From NCBI GenBank assembly GCA_963695545.1, contig OY968796.1:544001-608000 (forward strand): DNA of 64,000 bases, read 5' to 3'. This document shows positions 48,299-58,437 of the stretch, one piece after another (position 1 is the first letter of the stretch; every line of letters starts with the position of its first letter). The DNA is from Terriglobia bacterium (GTDB taxonomy: Bacteria > Acidobacteriota > Terriglobia > Acidiferrales > UBA7541). The notes below the pieces were generated by a model. It ran no database searches. It was not told the origin of the DNA and saw only the letters and a program-made list of their open reading frames with translations. The translations under genes were made by a program, and so were the position numbers.

Positions 48299-51200
48299 TC
48301 AATTCACCTCTTGAGGTTGCGCCGCTTCCTCGCGGCTGTAAACGAGCACGTAGGCAGCCGGCACGACAAAAACGGTGAGCACCACGGACGTGAGCAACCC
48401 GCCGATGATCACGCGTGCCAGCGGAGCGTAAGCTTCGCTGCCTTCTTCGAGTTTCAGCGCCATGGGCACGAGTCCGACGACGGTGGCGAGTGTGGTCATG
48501 AGAATCGGTCGCAGGCGAATTCGGCAGGCATGCGCCACCGCTTCACGCACGCTGCGTCCTTCGGAGCGCAGCGCCTTCGCGAAATCTACGATCAAAATGC
48601 TATTGGAAACCACCATGCCCTGCAGCATGACCACGCCCATCAACGATTGGATGTTTAAGGTTGTGCTGGTAAAGGCCAGTGTGAGCATCACACCGATCAG
48701 GCCGGTAGGAACCGCAAGAATAATCAGGAATGGATCGAGAAACGACGAAAATTGCGCGACGAGAATAAGGTAGACCAGAAGGATTGCCAGCAATAAACCG
48801 AATCCGAAACTGCGGAACGATCTTTGCATGGTCACGATCAACCCTCGTGTGTTGATGCGCAGGTTTGAGGGAAGCTGCGTCGCGGCGATTATTTTCTGCA
48901 CGGCGCTCGCCGGAGCCCCAAGGTCTTCACCGGTCGGCGTCACGTACACGTCGATCGTGCGCTGAAGCTGATAGTGGTCCACTTCCGTCGGCGAGAGAAT
49001 ACGCGAGATATCCGCAACCTCGCCGAGAGCCGTGGGCATTTTCAGGCCGTGCGCCTGCAGCGGCATGGCCTTCAAGTCGTCGATGGACTTCACCTGATTT
49101 TCCGGATACTGCACGGTCACGAAATAGTTGTTTCCGGTTTTCGGATCGACCCAGTAACTCGGCGCAATCATTGCGTCGGAGGTAAGCGCCGTGATCACGT
49201 TGTCCACCACTTCCTGCGGCGAGAGGCCGAGCTCGCTCGCGCGCACGCGATTCACGTCGATCTGCAGTGCGGGATAGTCCATGTCCTGCGGGATAAATAC
49301 ATCGGCCACACCCGGGATGGCGCGGAACTGGCGCGCGAGATTCTGCGCGATATCGTCGGCTTGGTTGAGATCCATACCGCTGATCTGGACGTCGATGGGA
49401 GCAGGCGCGCCCTGATTGAGAACCGCGTCCACCAACCCGCCGGATTGCAGGAACGTGCGCACCTCGGGGACCTCGACGGCAATGCGGCGGCGGACGCGGC
49501 TCATGTATTCAAAGCTGCTCACGCTGTGGCCCTCCTTCAGGCCAACTTCGATGAACGCGGTATGCATCCCGGAGTTCGGCGTGAACAGCGCCGAGAGGTC
49601 GGCCATCAGTCCGATGTTCGAGACCACTGTGTTCAGGTCGTGCGCGGGAACTTCCTCGTGCACGATGTTTTCCACTTGAGCGACGTATTTTTCGGTGTCT
49701 TCGATGCGCGTACCCGTCGGCGCTTTGAGGTTGATCACGAATTGGCCGGCATCGGTTCTCGGAAAAAACGACAACCCAACGAGCGGCGCGAGCGCGAAAC
49801 TCAGCACGAACACCACTGTGAATCCCGCCAGAACAACGCGCGGATGATCCAGCGTCTTCCCGACCCAGTGGTCGTAGTGACCGAGCATGCGCTCGAATTT
49901 CAGGTTGAACCAGCTATGGAAACGCCGCCCCCAGGACACGCTCGCCTGTACCGCGCCTTCGCCATGTTCCTTGATGGCGCGGAGAAACATCGCGCAGTAA
50001 AGCGGCACCACGGAAACCGCCACGAAGTAGGACGCGAACAGGGAAATGACCACTCCCAGCGCGAGGGCCGTAAAAAGATATTTGCTCACCCCGTTAAGAA
50101 GCGTCACCGGGAAAAAGACCACAACCGTGACCAGCGTGATTGCGAGGACCGCAAAGGCAACTTCGTTCGTTCCTTTCTCCGCGGCCACGGCCGGAGCTTC
50201 GCCGAGTTCTACGTGCCGGTAAATGTTTTCGAGCACGACCACGGAATTATCGATCAAGCGCGAAAAGGCCAGTGCCAGGCCACTCAGCACCATGCTGTTG
50301 ATCGTGCCGCCGCCGATGTGCAGCACGAAGAATGCCGCCATCAGAGAGATGGGGACCGAGAGGAAGACGGCAAGCGTGGCGCGAACGCTGCCGAGGAATA
50401 ACAAGATCATCAGCGCCGTGAGTAGAAGGCCGATGCCGCCCTCGTGCATCACGGTCGAAATGGCCTGCTTGACGAAAAGAGATTGATCGAACTCGACGTG
50501 CGTTTTGAGCTGCGAAGGGATGTCGCGGAGAGTTGGGATGGCGTCTTTTATTCCGTTCACCACGGAAATGGTGTTGGTGTCGCCACCTTGCTTGAGAATC
50601 GGAACGTAGACCGAGCGCTGACCGTTAACGCGTACGATGTTGTACTGCAGCGCGGAGCCGTCCACGGCGTGGCCTACGTCGGAAAGGAAGACCGATTGCT
50701 CACCTTCAGTCTTGATCGGCAGTTGATTCAGCGCGGCCGCATCGGGAACTTGCGCGTTGGTATAAATGTTGTAGTCCGTCGAACCGATACGCACGTCGCC
50801 GGCGGGAAGAATCAAATTCGATTGGTCGGTGGCGCGCACAACGTCCATCGGGCTGAGTTCATGGGCCTGGAGCTTTAGCGGATCGACGTAAACCATAATC
50901 TGGCGATAGCGGCCGCCATAGGGAGGCGGAACGGTCGCTCCGGGCACGTTGGCGATTTGATTGCGGATCTGATATTGCAAATAATCGTGGAGCTGCGTTT
51001 CGTCCAGCCCCGGGCCCTCGACGGTGAGCAGACAAACGGGAAGGCTCGAGGCGTCCACTTTCATCACCACCGGCGGAAGCGTGCCCTGCGGAAGCCGCCG
51101 CAGATCGGCCATCGCGAGATTCGAGATTTCGGTCACGTCCGCATTGGCGTCGGTGCCCGGCTGGAAATAAATCTTGATCAGGCTGACGCCGGTCATGGAG

Positions 51201-51442
51201 CGGGATTCCATGTGATCGATGCCGCTGCCGAGTGTGAAAAACCGCTCGAAGGTGTCGGTGATATCGGCTTCAATCTGCTGTGGCGGCATGCCGCTGTAGA
51301 ACGTCGCGACGAGCACCACGGGAATGTTGATGGGCGGGAACATGTCCACCGGCATCTGCACCAGGCTGGTGGTGCCGAGGACGAAGATCAGCAAGCAACA
51401 AACCAGGATGAAATACGGATGGCGGATCGAAAAAATTGGCAT
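48299..51442 (-). CDS. RND efflux permease (AcrB/CusA family)
   Basis: 1047 aa; IDNSVVVLENI; SNSILIVDF; RLRPILMTTLAT. Confidence 0.96.
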   Translation of the reverse strand: MPIFSIRHPYFILVCCLLIFVLGTTSLVQMPVDMFPPINIPVVLVATFYSGMPPQQIEADITDTFERFFTLGSGIDHMESRSMTGVSLIKIYFQPGTDANADVTEISNLAMADLRRLPQGTLPPVVMKVDASSLPVCLLTVEGPGLDETQLHDYLQYQIRNQIANVPGATVPPPYGGRYRQIMVYVDPLKLQAHELSPMDVVRATDQSNLILPAGDVRIGSTDYNIYTNAQVPDAAALNQLPIKTEGEQSVFLSDVGHAVDGSALQYNIVRVNGQRSVYVPILKQGGDTNTISVVNGIKDAIPTLRDIPSQLKTHVEFDQSLFVKQAISTVMHEGGIGLLLTALMILLFLGSVRATLAVFLSVPISLMAAFFVLHIGGGTINSMVLSGLALAFSRLIDNSVVVLENIYRHVELGEAPAVAAEKGTNEVAFAVLAITLVTVVVFFPVTLLNGVSKYLFTALALGVVISLFASYFVAVSVVPLYCAMFLRAIKEHGEGAVQASVSWGRRFHSWFNLKFERMLGHYDHWVGKTLDHPRVVLAGFTVVFVLSFALAPLVGLSFFPRTDAGQFVINLKAPTGTRIEDTEKYVAQVENIVHEEVPAHDLNTVVSNIGLMADLSALFTPNSGMHTAFIEVGLKEGHSVSSFEYMSRVRRRIAVEVPEVRTFLQSGGLVDAVLNQGAPAPIDVQISGMDLNQADDIAQNLARQFRAIPGVADVFIPQDMDYPALQIDVNRVRASELGLSPQEVVDNVITALTSDAMIAPSYWVDPKTGNNYFVTVQYPENQVKSIDDLKAMPLQAHGLKMPTALGEVADISRILSPTEVDHYQLQRTIDVYVTPTGEDLGAPASAVQKIIAATQLPSNLRINTRGLIVTMQRSFRSFGFGLLLAILLVYLILVAQFSSFLDPFLIILAVPTGLIGVMLTLAFTSTTLNIQSLMGVVMLQGMVVSNSILIVDFAKALRSEGRSVREAVAHACRIRLRPILMTTLATVVGLVPMALKLEEGSEAYAPLARVIIGGLLTSVVLTVFVVPAAYVLVYSREEAAQPQEVN

Positions 51443-51448
51443 GGCCGG

Positions 51449-52681
51449 TTATTCCGATCCGCCCGCCGGCACGATCTTTGGCGACACGAGCTCGCCAGTC
51501 TTGTATTGATCCTGCTCACCCAGGACAACCTCATCGCCTTCGGAAAGACCTGCAACGACTTCAGCTCTGTTGGCAGTTTGAATCCCAAGGGTGACTTCGC
51601 GGCGCTCGATGCGGCCGTCGCCATCCACGATAAGCACGGAGCCTTTATTCTCGCCGGACATGTGGATCGCTTGAAGCGGCGCCGTCAGTGCGTTCTGCTT
51701 TGTGTGCAGCGGAATCACCACGGATACGTACATGCCTGGGAGGAGCGCGTAATCGGGATTGGGCACGTCAACTTCGGTATACATCGTGCGGGTTTGTAAA
51801 TCGATCTGGTCCGAGAAGCGAACGATTTTCGCCTGCAGCACTTTGCCGAGCGTGGTGACATTTATGGTTACGCTCTGGCCGATCTGGACGTCGGGCACGG
51901 CGCGCTCCGGCAGCGGAATCACCAGCCGCAGCAGATTATTTTGCGAGAGATGGCAGAGAGCCAGATCGCCCTTGCTCGACGAAGTGCCCGCAGGCAGCAG
52001 CGCGCCGGTATAGGCGTTGATCGAGGTGATGACGCCGTCGAACGGAGCGGCGATGTGGGTATAGGCGAAAAGCGCCTTGTCTTTCCCGAGCGCAGCTTCG
52101 GTCGATAGCACCGCCTGTTCCGCCGCTGCGAGCGCGTCCTTCGCGCCGGAAACTGCGGCGCTCGCTTCCTGATCCTTGCCTTGCGCAACATCCACGTCTT
52201 GCTGCGCGACCAAGCCGGGCTGAGTTTTCTGCACATCGGCTATGCGCGAGTAGGTGAGGTGAGCGACGGTGTACGCGGATTCGGCGCTATCCAGCTCCTG
52301 GCGGTATCGTTCAAGGTCCTGTTGACTTCGCCGCGCCGTCGCTTCGTCCTGCTCCACCTGCTGCTCGAGCTCGGGGACTTCGAGATCGGCAAGCAACTGG
52401 CCTTGCTTTACGTGTGTGCCCCAATTCACGTACAGCTTGCGGATGTAGCCGGAAACCTTCGCGAAGACATCAATTTCCTGGTAGGGCTGGAATTCGGACG
52501 CGATTTCGAGCGTGTCGGAGATATTCTCCCGGGCCACTTTGACAACTGCCACAGTCGGCGCGGGGTTCTCCTGCTTCGCCGAGCCGCACCCCGCGACGCC
52601 CAACGCGGCGGCGAATAACGATGCGATCGCAGCCGATTTCATTGCGCTTCGACATCGAATGACTTGGATACTCATCATCAA
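51449..52681 (-). CDS. RND periplasmic adaptor (membrane fusion protein), probable lipoprotein
   Basis: VAGC lipobox; AKVSGYI...VKQGQLLA; IAAPFDGVI; LLPGMYV. Start may be a later Met. Confidence 0.93.
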   Translation of the reverse strand: MMMSIQVIRCRSAMKSAAIASLFAAALGVAGCGSAKQENPAPTVAVVKVARENISDTLEIASEFQPYQEIDVFAKVSGYIRKLYVNWGTHVKQGQLLADLEVPELEQQVEQDEATARRSQQDLERYRQELDSAESAYTVAHLTYSRIADVQKTQPGLVAQQDVDVAQGKDQEASAAVSGAKDALAAAEQAVLSTEAALGKDKALFAYTHIAAPFDGVITSINAYTGALLPAGTSSSKGDLALCHLSQNNLLRLVIPLPERAVPDVQIGQSVTINVTTLGKVLQAKIVRFSDQIDLQTRTMYTEVDVPNPDYALLPGMYVSVVIPLHTKQNALTAPLQAIHMSGENKGSVLIVDGDGRIERREVTLGIQTANRAEVVAGLSEGDEVVLGEQDQYKTGELVSPKIVPAGGSE

Positions 52682-52684
52682 GCC

Positions 52685-53416
52685 TCAATCCTCTTCGCGC
52701 AGGTGTGAGCCCGCGTAGTGAGAATCCACTTCCTGAACCGCCTTGCGGAACTCCTGCGGCGTGAAATTCGGCGCGCGGCATAGTCCGATCAGCTTCTCCC
52801 GTTGTTGCAAGATTTCATGGGCCACCCCGGGCACGCGATCTGCGATTTCAAGCGGAATTGTCTGCGCACCGTGACGATCGCCATGGATCAGGTCTCCGGG
52901 ACGCACTTGCACGCCACCGACCTCGACAGTGCCGCCGAAATCGAAAACGTGCGCGTAGGCGTGGGATACCGAGACATTTCCGGCAAACATTTGGAAGCCG
53001 GCTGCGTGGACTTGCGGCAGATCGCGTACGGCGCCGTTCGTGGCCACGGCCACACAACCGAGGGCCGCGAGCACATTCGCGTGCACTTCCCCAATGAACG
53101 CGCCCACGCCGGACGGACTATCCATGTCTTCGATGACCACGATCCGAGGCGCGGGAATCGTCAGGATGTGTTCCCACCAGTCAGGTTTGGCGTAGTAGCT
53201 GCGCCCTTCCATCGGCGGATCGGCGCTGCGAATCCGAGCGGTCGTCGCATAACCCACAACGGGCGGGAAATCCTCGAAAATGCAGCGCACGTGTGAATCC
53301 GTAAATCCGGTATTCGGAAGACGGACCTCGAACCTTTCTATCGCGCTGGCCACGACGCACGTGCTGAGACGCCGAAACTGCTCCAGCCGTTCGGGAGACG
53401 GACGGCGAGTGTTCAT
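52685..53416 (-). CDS. RraA/HMG-aldolase family protein
   Basis: PVVGYATT, AFIGEVHA, ATNGAVRD, VRPGDLIHGDRHG. Confidence 0.9.
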   Translation of the reverse strand: MNTRRPSPERLEQFRRLSTCVVASAIERFEVRLPNTGFTDSHVRCIFEDFPPVVGYATTARIRSADPPMEGRSYYAKPDWWEHILTIPAPRIVVIEDMDSPSGVGAFIGEVHANVLAALGCVAVATNGAVRDLPQVHAAGFQMFAGNVSVSHAYAHVFDFGGTVEVGGVQVRPGDLIHGDRHGAQTIPLEIADRVPGVAHEILQQREKLIGLCRAPNFTPQEFRKAVQEVDSHYAGSHLREED

Positions 53417-53462
53417 ATGCACTCCTAGCGAAATCGATCCCTGGTTGCAAAAGTTAGATGTC

Positions 53463-53486
53463 AAAAGCGGGACTTTTGGGTCCCGT
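53463..53486 (-). terminator. Terminator-like hairpin between the RSPP ORF and the RraA-family gene
   Basis: Minus strand ACGGGAC-CCAAAA-GTCCCGC-TTTT (6-bp stem, short U tract). Confidence 0.45.
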
Positions 53487-53524
53487 GAACTCAGCGGACC
53501 TGGCGTTCCTGAATTTCCGAAACG

Positions 53525-53875
53525 CTACGCCAAATAGGAAGGGGGAGAGCGATGTTGTAGAGAAACAATAAGGCCAATTCGCCGCGTGAACGGAATCTCT
53601 GGTTCCAAACGCGGCGCCAAGCGAACCGCGGGCTGCGGCGGCAAAATTCGGGCGACCAAGTGAAGCGGCCTCTGTTTCAAGATCGGGCCCGGATGCGCCG
53701 GTTTCATCTTGTTGGCGATTGAAACGTAGTGAACGGAACTCGACTGGGGATAATACTGACTGACCCTTGTAAACGTGGAAAGCGCGCCCAGAGCCAGCAG
53801 CAGCAGTAGGATCGCCGACTTAAAGAGTATCGGCGTCTGTCGGCTTCCGTTCGAGGTCCGTTCTTGATTGCACAT
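53525..53875 (-). CDS. Small membrane-targeted protein ending QHRSPPSYLA; candidate arrest/leader peptide
   Basis: Hydrophobic ILLLLLALGALSTF, Pro-rich linker, RSPP four residues from the C-terminus; co-oriented upstream of the efflux operon. Confidence 0.65.
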   Translation of the reverse strand: MCNQERTSNGSRQTPILFKSAILLLLLALGALSTFTRVSQYYPQSSSVHYVSIANKMKPAHPGPILKQRPLHLVARILPPQPAVRLAPRLEPEIPFTRRIGLIVSLQHRSPPSYLA

Positions 53876-54291
53876 AACAGGATTCAAACGCAGAACGCGT
53901 CGGGCTACCTGGCGAATTGAATAAACATACGCTCGCGAACAACTTCCTAACTGCGAATCGATCTTACTCTCGCGTGGTCGCGAAATGCAAATTCGCGGAT
54001 TTTTCGGTAACGGAGTGTTAACGGGTCGGCGAGCGAGCGAGATTTCGCTCCATTTGCGCCGTCGACGCCACAAGCCTCCGCCCGGCACTCAGGCAGCGCT
54101 CTCATGCCTTCTTCGCGAATTCACAAAATGAGAGATGGCGCGCCCAAAGGGACGATCTTAGAACTTCTCTCGATAATCTCGTGGCAGCGTCGCCACAGTT
54201 TGAGTTCTCTGCTGGGTTGGGTCTGGAGCGTGCTTTCTGGGACCTTCGCCCGATGGCGCATTTTCATCGGATCGCAGGATGCATGGTCCAC

Positions 54292-54319
54292 AGTATGGCA
54301 ACCGAAGTATGGCAACCGA
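54292..54319 (+). repeat. Perfect 14-bp tandem direct repeat AGTATGGCAACCGA x2
   Basis: Read directly from the sequence. Confidence 0.85.
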
Positions 54320-54557
54320 TGCGTTCAATGGGCACAGTCCCTCATAACCCGAGGCGAAAAATCCGCGCATAGTCCTCAGGCCACAGGGGGGATGGGTGTA
54401 CGATCATGGCGTTTTGAAGTCAAAAAGGGAGATTCCGGGCTACACGTTCGGTCCGGCTTCGACATGGCCTTCGCGCTTTGATTCACTTGCATTCCATCCC
54501 CCCGAACCGTGAGAATTCCCGGCGCCGGAATAAACTGGCAAAGCAAACAGGGTAAGC

Positions 54558-57500
54558 ATGAAAACGAAAATCAATTTTGGACTTATGCTCGCACTGGCGC
54601 TCACGACGATTGGCGCCACGTTGGCGATGGCGCAACAGATCGACTCGGGAGCCAATATTGCTCCGCCGAGGCTGGAAGGCCCGTGCGACATCTACGCCGC
54701 CGCCGGCGATCCCTGCGTAGCCGCCCACAGCACCACGCGCGCGCTGTACGCCTCCTACACCGGCCCGCTGTACCAGGTCCTGCGCCAGTCGGACGGCAAG
54801 ACCTTGGACATCGGCGTCGTCCAGCCTGTCACGTCGCCAGTCCCGGATGCGGGCGGATACGCCGACGCGGCAGCGCAGGACACATTCTGCGCCAACACGT
54901 ACTGCTGGATCACCACGATTTACGACCAATCGGGCAAGCACAACGACCTGACGCAGGCGCCCCGCGGAGGATTCAGTGGGCCGGCCATGGGCGGGTTTAA
55001 CAACGTCCCGATCGCCGACACGGCGCCGATTACGATTATGGGCCACAAGGTCTACGGCGTCTTCATCGAGCCGGGCATGGGCCTGCGCGAGGACGATGCA
55101 AAGGGCACAGCGGTGGACGACCAAGCGGAGGAGCAGTACTGGGTGGTTAATGGTCAGCACTTCAACTCCGGCTGCTGTTTCGACTACGGCAACGCCGAAA
55201 TCGACAGCCGCGACGACGACAACGGCACTATGGAAACCGCGTACTACGGCGATGCTCCCGTCTGGTATCGAGGGAACCCTCCCGGCCCGTGGATCATGAG
55301 CGACCAGGAGAACAACCTACTGGGCTGCGTGAATCCGGATGGTTCGAAGCTCTGTCTCAGCTTGCCGAGCATTTACTGGAGATATGTGACTGCGATCGCC
55401 AAGGGCGAACCGCACCACTGGACCAGCATGGGCGGCGACGCCCAGCGGGGCGCACTATCGGTGATGTTTGACGGACCGCGCGTGAACGGCACCTACGACC
55501 CGATGCGCAAGCAGGGGGCCATCCTTCTGGGCAACGGGGGCGACAACAGCAACGGCTCGCAGGGCACCTTCTATGAAGGCGCAGTGACGGCCGCGGGCAC
55601 CTTCCCGACGAACGCCACCGACCAGCTTGTGCAGGCCAACGTTGTGGCTGCCAAGTATGGCGCGCAGCGGCTGAGCATAGCGCCCGCGTCGGCAACTGCA
55701 ACTCCGCCGGGACTTCAGACGTTCACGCCGGGCTCTTCGCAGGACACTACCGTGACGTTCACCAATACCACGGACGCGCCCGCGACAGGCGTCAAGTTGA
55801 GCGTTGCAGTGCCCAACAAAAACTGGACCGCCTTTGTTTCGGGCACGACCGAGACGTCGAACACGTTCGTTGACCCGGTGGCGCCGGGCGCGAGCGTGAG
55901 CGCGACCTTCAAGGTGACCTCGGGGTCGGCGGCCTTCAACGGCGACCTGGTTGGCAACGCCTGGTGGACGAACTCGACGAACGGCGAAAAGCAATCGGAG
56001 ACAACGGCCGAGAAGGTGCGGAACGTGAGCCCGATCGAGATCAACGAGTTCCGCATCGGCTCCGGTCCCACCAACTCCACGGATTCGTTTATCGAGCTCT
56101 ACAACGCCGGCTCGAGTGACGTCGATCTCTCCAACTGGTCGCTGACCGAGCACCCGACCCAGCAGCCCATCTTCACGACGGTGAAGATCCCAGCGGGGAC
56201 CAGGCTCGCGGCTCGCGGCTTTTATCTGCTCGGGCTCTCCAACTCCGGGCTGACGGTGACGGCGCGCGCGGGCGATAGAACCATCAACGTGAGGAGTACG
56301 ACCGGCATGACAGCCGGCGATACGATCGTCATCGATACCGGCTCCAACGTGGAGATCCGCAAGATCGTGAGCGTTGGGACGGCGGCCAGCAGCAATACGA
56401 CGGGGTGGCAGCCCCTTCCTGACGGTCCAGTGATCACGATTCCCGCCGGCTCGACCAACGTGCCAGTCGCGAGCGTATCCGGCTTCGAGGTCGGCGAAAA
56501 GATCGCCCTCGGCTACGGCGCCACCTACCCGCCCGTCGCAAGAGACACAGAGCGGTACGAGGTGGCGACTGTGACCGCGGTTGGTAAGTCGGGCACGCAA
56601 GCCTACCTAGGTGCGGACGCGCCTGCTGGCTCGACCAACATCAAAGTGACGTCAGTCGCCAACATCTCAGCCGGTGACAAGATCAGATTGGATATCGACA
56701 GCGTCGGCCATGGGATCGAGACGGTCACGGTTGCGAGCGTGGGTACGCAGGCGAGCCACACGAATCTTTCGGCCAACGCGAGCGCCGGCGCGACGAACAT
56801 CAAAGTCCGCAACGTGAACGGTTTTGACGTGGGCGACAAAATCACGGTTGGCACGCCCGCGAACAAGGAAGCAATGACCATAAGAGCCGTCGGGACGCCG
56901 GGTCCGAACGGCAGCGGATTTGCCTTTACGCCGGCCCTCGCCCAGGCGCATATCAACGGTGAGGGGGTCGTCGATCCGGGCACGGGCCTCGACCTGACCG
57001 CGCCGCTCAAGTTCAACCATGCGGCCAACCTGCCCTTCAGCGATCGAGGAACGGGGATCAGCTTTGAGGCGGCGACGGCATTCGCCCACTCGAGCAACGA
57101 GCCCGTGCAGGCGCTCGGCACGGGCGTCACTCTCGACAAACCACTGGTGAACGACCACGCGATCAACGCTGTTGTGCGCGATGCCGCGGTGACGACCGCG
57201 GGCTACCAAGGAACGCCGCCGCCTAACCAGTGGTTCGGAGGTCCCGAGCTCTCAAGCAGCGCCATCAGCTTCGGCTTCACCGTCTCCCTCAAGGCGGGCA
57301 GCATGGTGTTACGTGACGCCGCTGGAATGGTTGTTGACAGTCTCAACTACGGCGGCCTCGTCGACCCATGGGCTGCCGAGGGTTACCAAGCCACCTCGGG
57401 AACAGAACAGAGTGGCTGCTACGTGCCAGCGCCCAGCCCGGCCGGACGCCTCGGGCCGGGCACTTCGGCCGCAGGCGCGACCAACAGGAGCGCGGGCCGC

Positions 57501-58025
57501 TTCCCGGACGGCGTGGAAACCGACAGCAACTGCACCGATTTCCGGGTGCAGGCCGCCACGAGCCTTCCGGCCGGTTCAGTCGCCGGCGCGAATAAAATCA
57601 AAGTCGCCAGCGTGGCAGGCTTCGTCGCGGGCCAGACGATCATGATTGACACAGGCGAGAACCTCGAGACCGCCGTTATCTCGGCGGTTGGCACGGCGGG
57701 CGTCACCACGGTGGGCGCTGCGACCGGCGTGGGTACGACCGTTATTCCTGTCGCCAATGTGATCGGTTTTAGCGAAGGCCAGACCATCACAATTGACAGT
57801 GGCGCGAACTCTGAGACGGCGGTTATCGCCTCCATCACGAGGTTCGGCGGCACCACAATCACCGTTACCGCGCCACTTACTCTTGCGCACGCGATCGGTG
57901 CGCAGGTGTCCGGTACCGGCATCACACTCACCGCTGCATTGACCAAGGATCATGCCGGTGGAACGCAAGTCACCGACAACGTTCCCACGCCCGGTGCTCC
58001 CAACCACTACAGCAGACCTCAATGA
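54558..58025 (+). CDS. Secreted GH54 alpha-L-arabinofuranosidase-like protein with Ig-like, lamin-tail and repeated beta domains
   Basis: Signal peptide; GPCDIYAAAGDPCVAAHSTTRALY, CCFDYGNAE, GTMET, KQGAILLGNGGDNS, GTFYEG; INEF/FIELYN/VDLSNW lamin-tail motifs. Confidence 0.9.
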   Translation: MKTKINFGLMLALALTTIGATLAMAQQIDSGANIAPPRLEGPCDIYAAAGDPCVAAHSTTRALYASYTGPLYQVLRQSDGKTLDIGVVQPVTSPVPDAGGYADAAAQDTFCANTYCWITTIYDQSGKHNDLTQAPRGGFSGPAMGGFNNVPIADTAPITIMGHKVYGVFIEPGMGLREDDAKGTAVDDQAEEQYWVVNGQHFNSGCCFDYGNAEIDSRDDDNGTMETAYYGDAPVWYRGNPPGPWIMSDQENNLLGCVNPDGSKLCLSLPSIYWRYVTAIAKGEPHHWTSMGGDAQRGALSVMFDGPRVNGTYDPMRKQGAILLGNGGDNSNGSQGTFYEGAVTAAGTFPTNATDQLVQANVVAAKYGAQRLSIAPASATATPPGLQTFTPGSSQDTTVTFTNTTDAPATGVKLSVAVPNKNWTAFVSGTTETSNTFVDPVAPGASVSATFKVTSGSAAFNGDLVGNAWWTNSTNGEKQSETTAEKVRNVSPIEINEFRIGSGPTNSTDSFIELYNAGSSDVDLSNWSLTEHPTQQPIFTTVKIPAGTRLAARGFYLLGLSNSGLTVTARAGDRTINVRSTTGMTAGDTIVIDTGSNVEIRKIVSVGTAASSNTTGWQPLPDGPVITIPAGSTNVPVASVSGFEVGEKIALGYGATYPPVARDTERYEVATVTAVGKSGTQAYLGADAPAGSTNIKVTSVANISAGDKIRLDIDSVGHGIETVTVASVGTQASHTNLSANASAGATNIKVRNVNGFDVGDKITVGTPANKEAMTIRAVGTPGPNGSGFAFTPALAQAHINGEGVVDPGTGLDLTAPLKFNHAANLPFSDRGTGISFEAATAFAHSSNEPVQALGTGVTLDKPLVNDHAINAVVRDAAVTTAGYQGTPPPNQWFGGPELSSSAISFGFTVSLKAGSMVLRDAAGMVVDSLNYGGLVDPWAAEGYQATSGTEQSGCYVPAPSPAGRLGPGTSAAGATNRSAGRFPDGVETDSNCTDFRVQAATSLPAGSVAGANKIKVASVAGFVAGQTIMIDTGENLETAVISAVGTAGVTTVGAATGVGTTVIPVANVIGFSEGQTITIDSGANSETAVIASITRFGGTTITVTAPLTLAHAIGAQVSGTGITLTAALTKDHAGGTQVTDNVPTPGAPNHYSRPQ

Positions 58026-58360
58026 GGGTGCCGGTGTAACGGAATTGAACAGCTTGGAAAAATGCAATCGGCGGCATACGGGTCATCCGGCATGGGGTCA
58101 AAACCCTGTCAACTAGTGGGAGCGGAGTTTAGGACATAACTGGTATCGGGAATTCACGCGCGCAGGTCTGTTGTGCGGCCGAGCAATCAATGCCGGATGG
58201 TACGAAACGGGAAATTTCAGAGGAGGAGGCAAGTGAGCTGATATTGCAGCAGTTCTATAACGCAGCTCGAGTGATGATAGCAGAAGCGACCTCAGTGCAT
58301 GAGTTGAAGGCCTTTCTCCGAGACAAAGAGAGCGAACTGCAATAATAATAAGGCAGGCGC

Positions 58361-58382
58361 GTGCGGTAAACGTGCGGCAAAC
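58361..58382 (+). repeat. 11-bp tandem direct repeat GTGCGG(T/C)AAAC x2
   Basis: About 55 nt from the tRNA 3' end. Confidence 0.8.
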
Positions 58383-58437
58383 CTGGACGCGCCGATTTCC
58401 TCGGCGCATTCGACAAACATCGTTTTATAAGGGGAAG

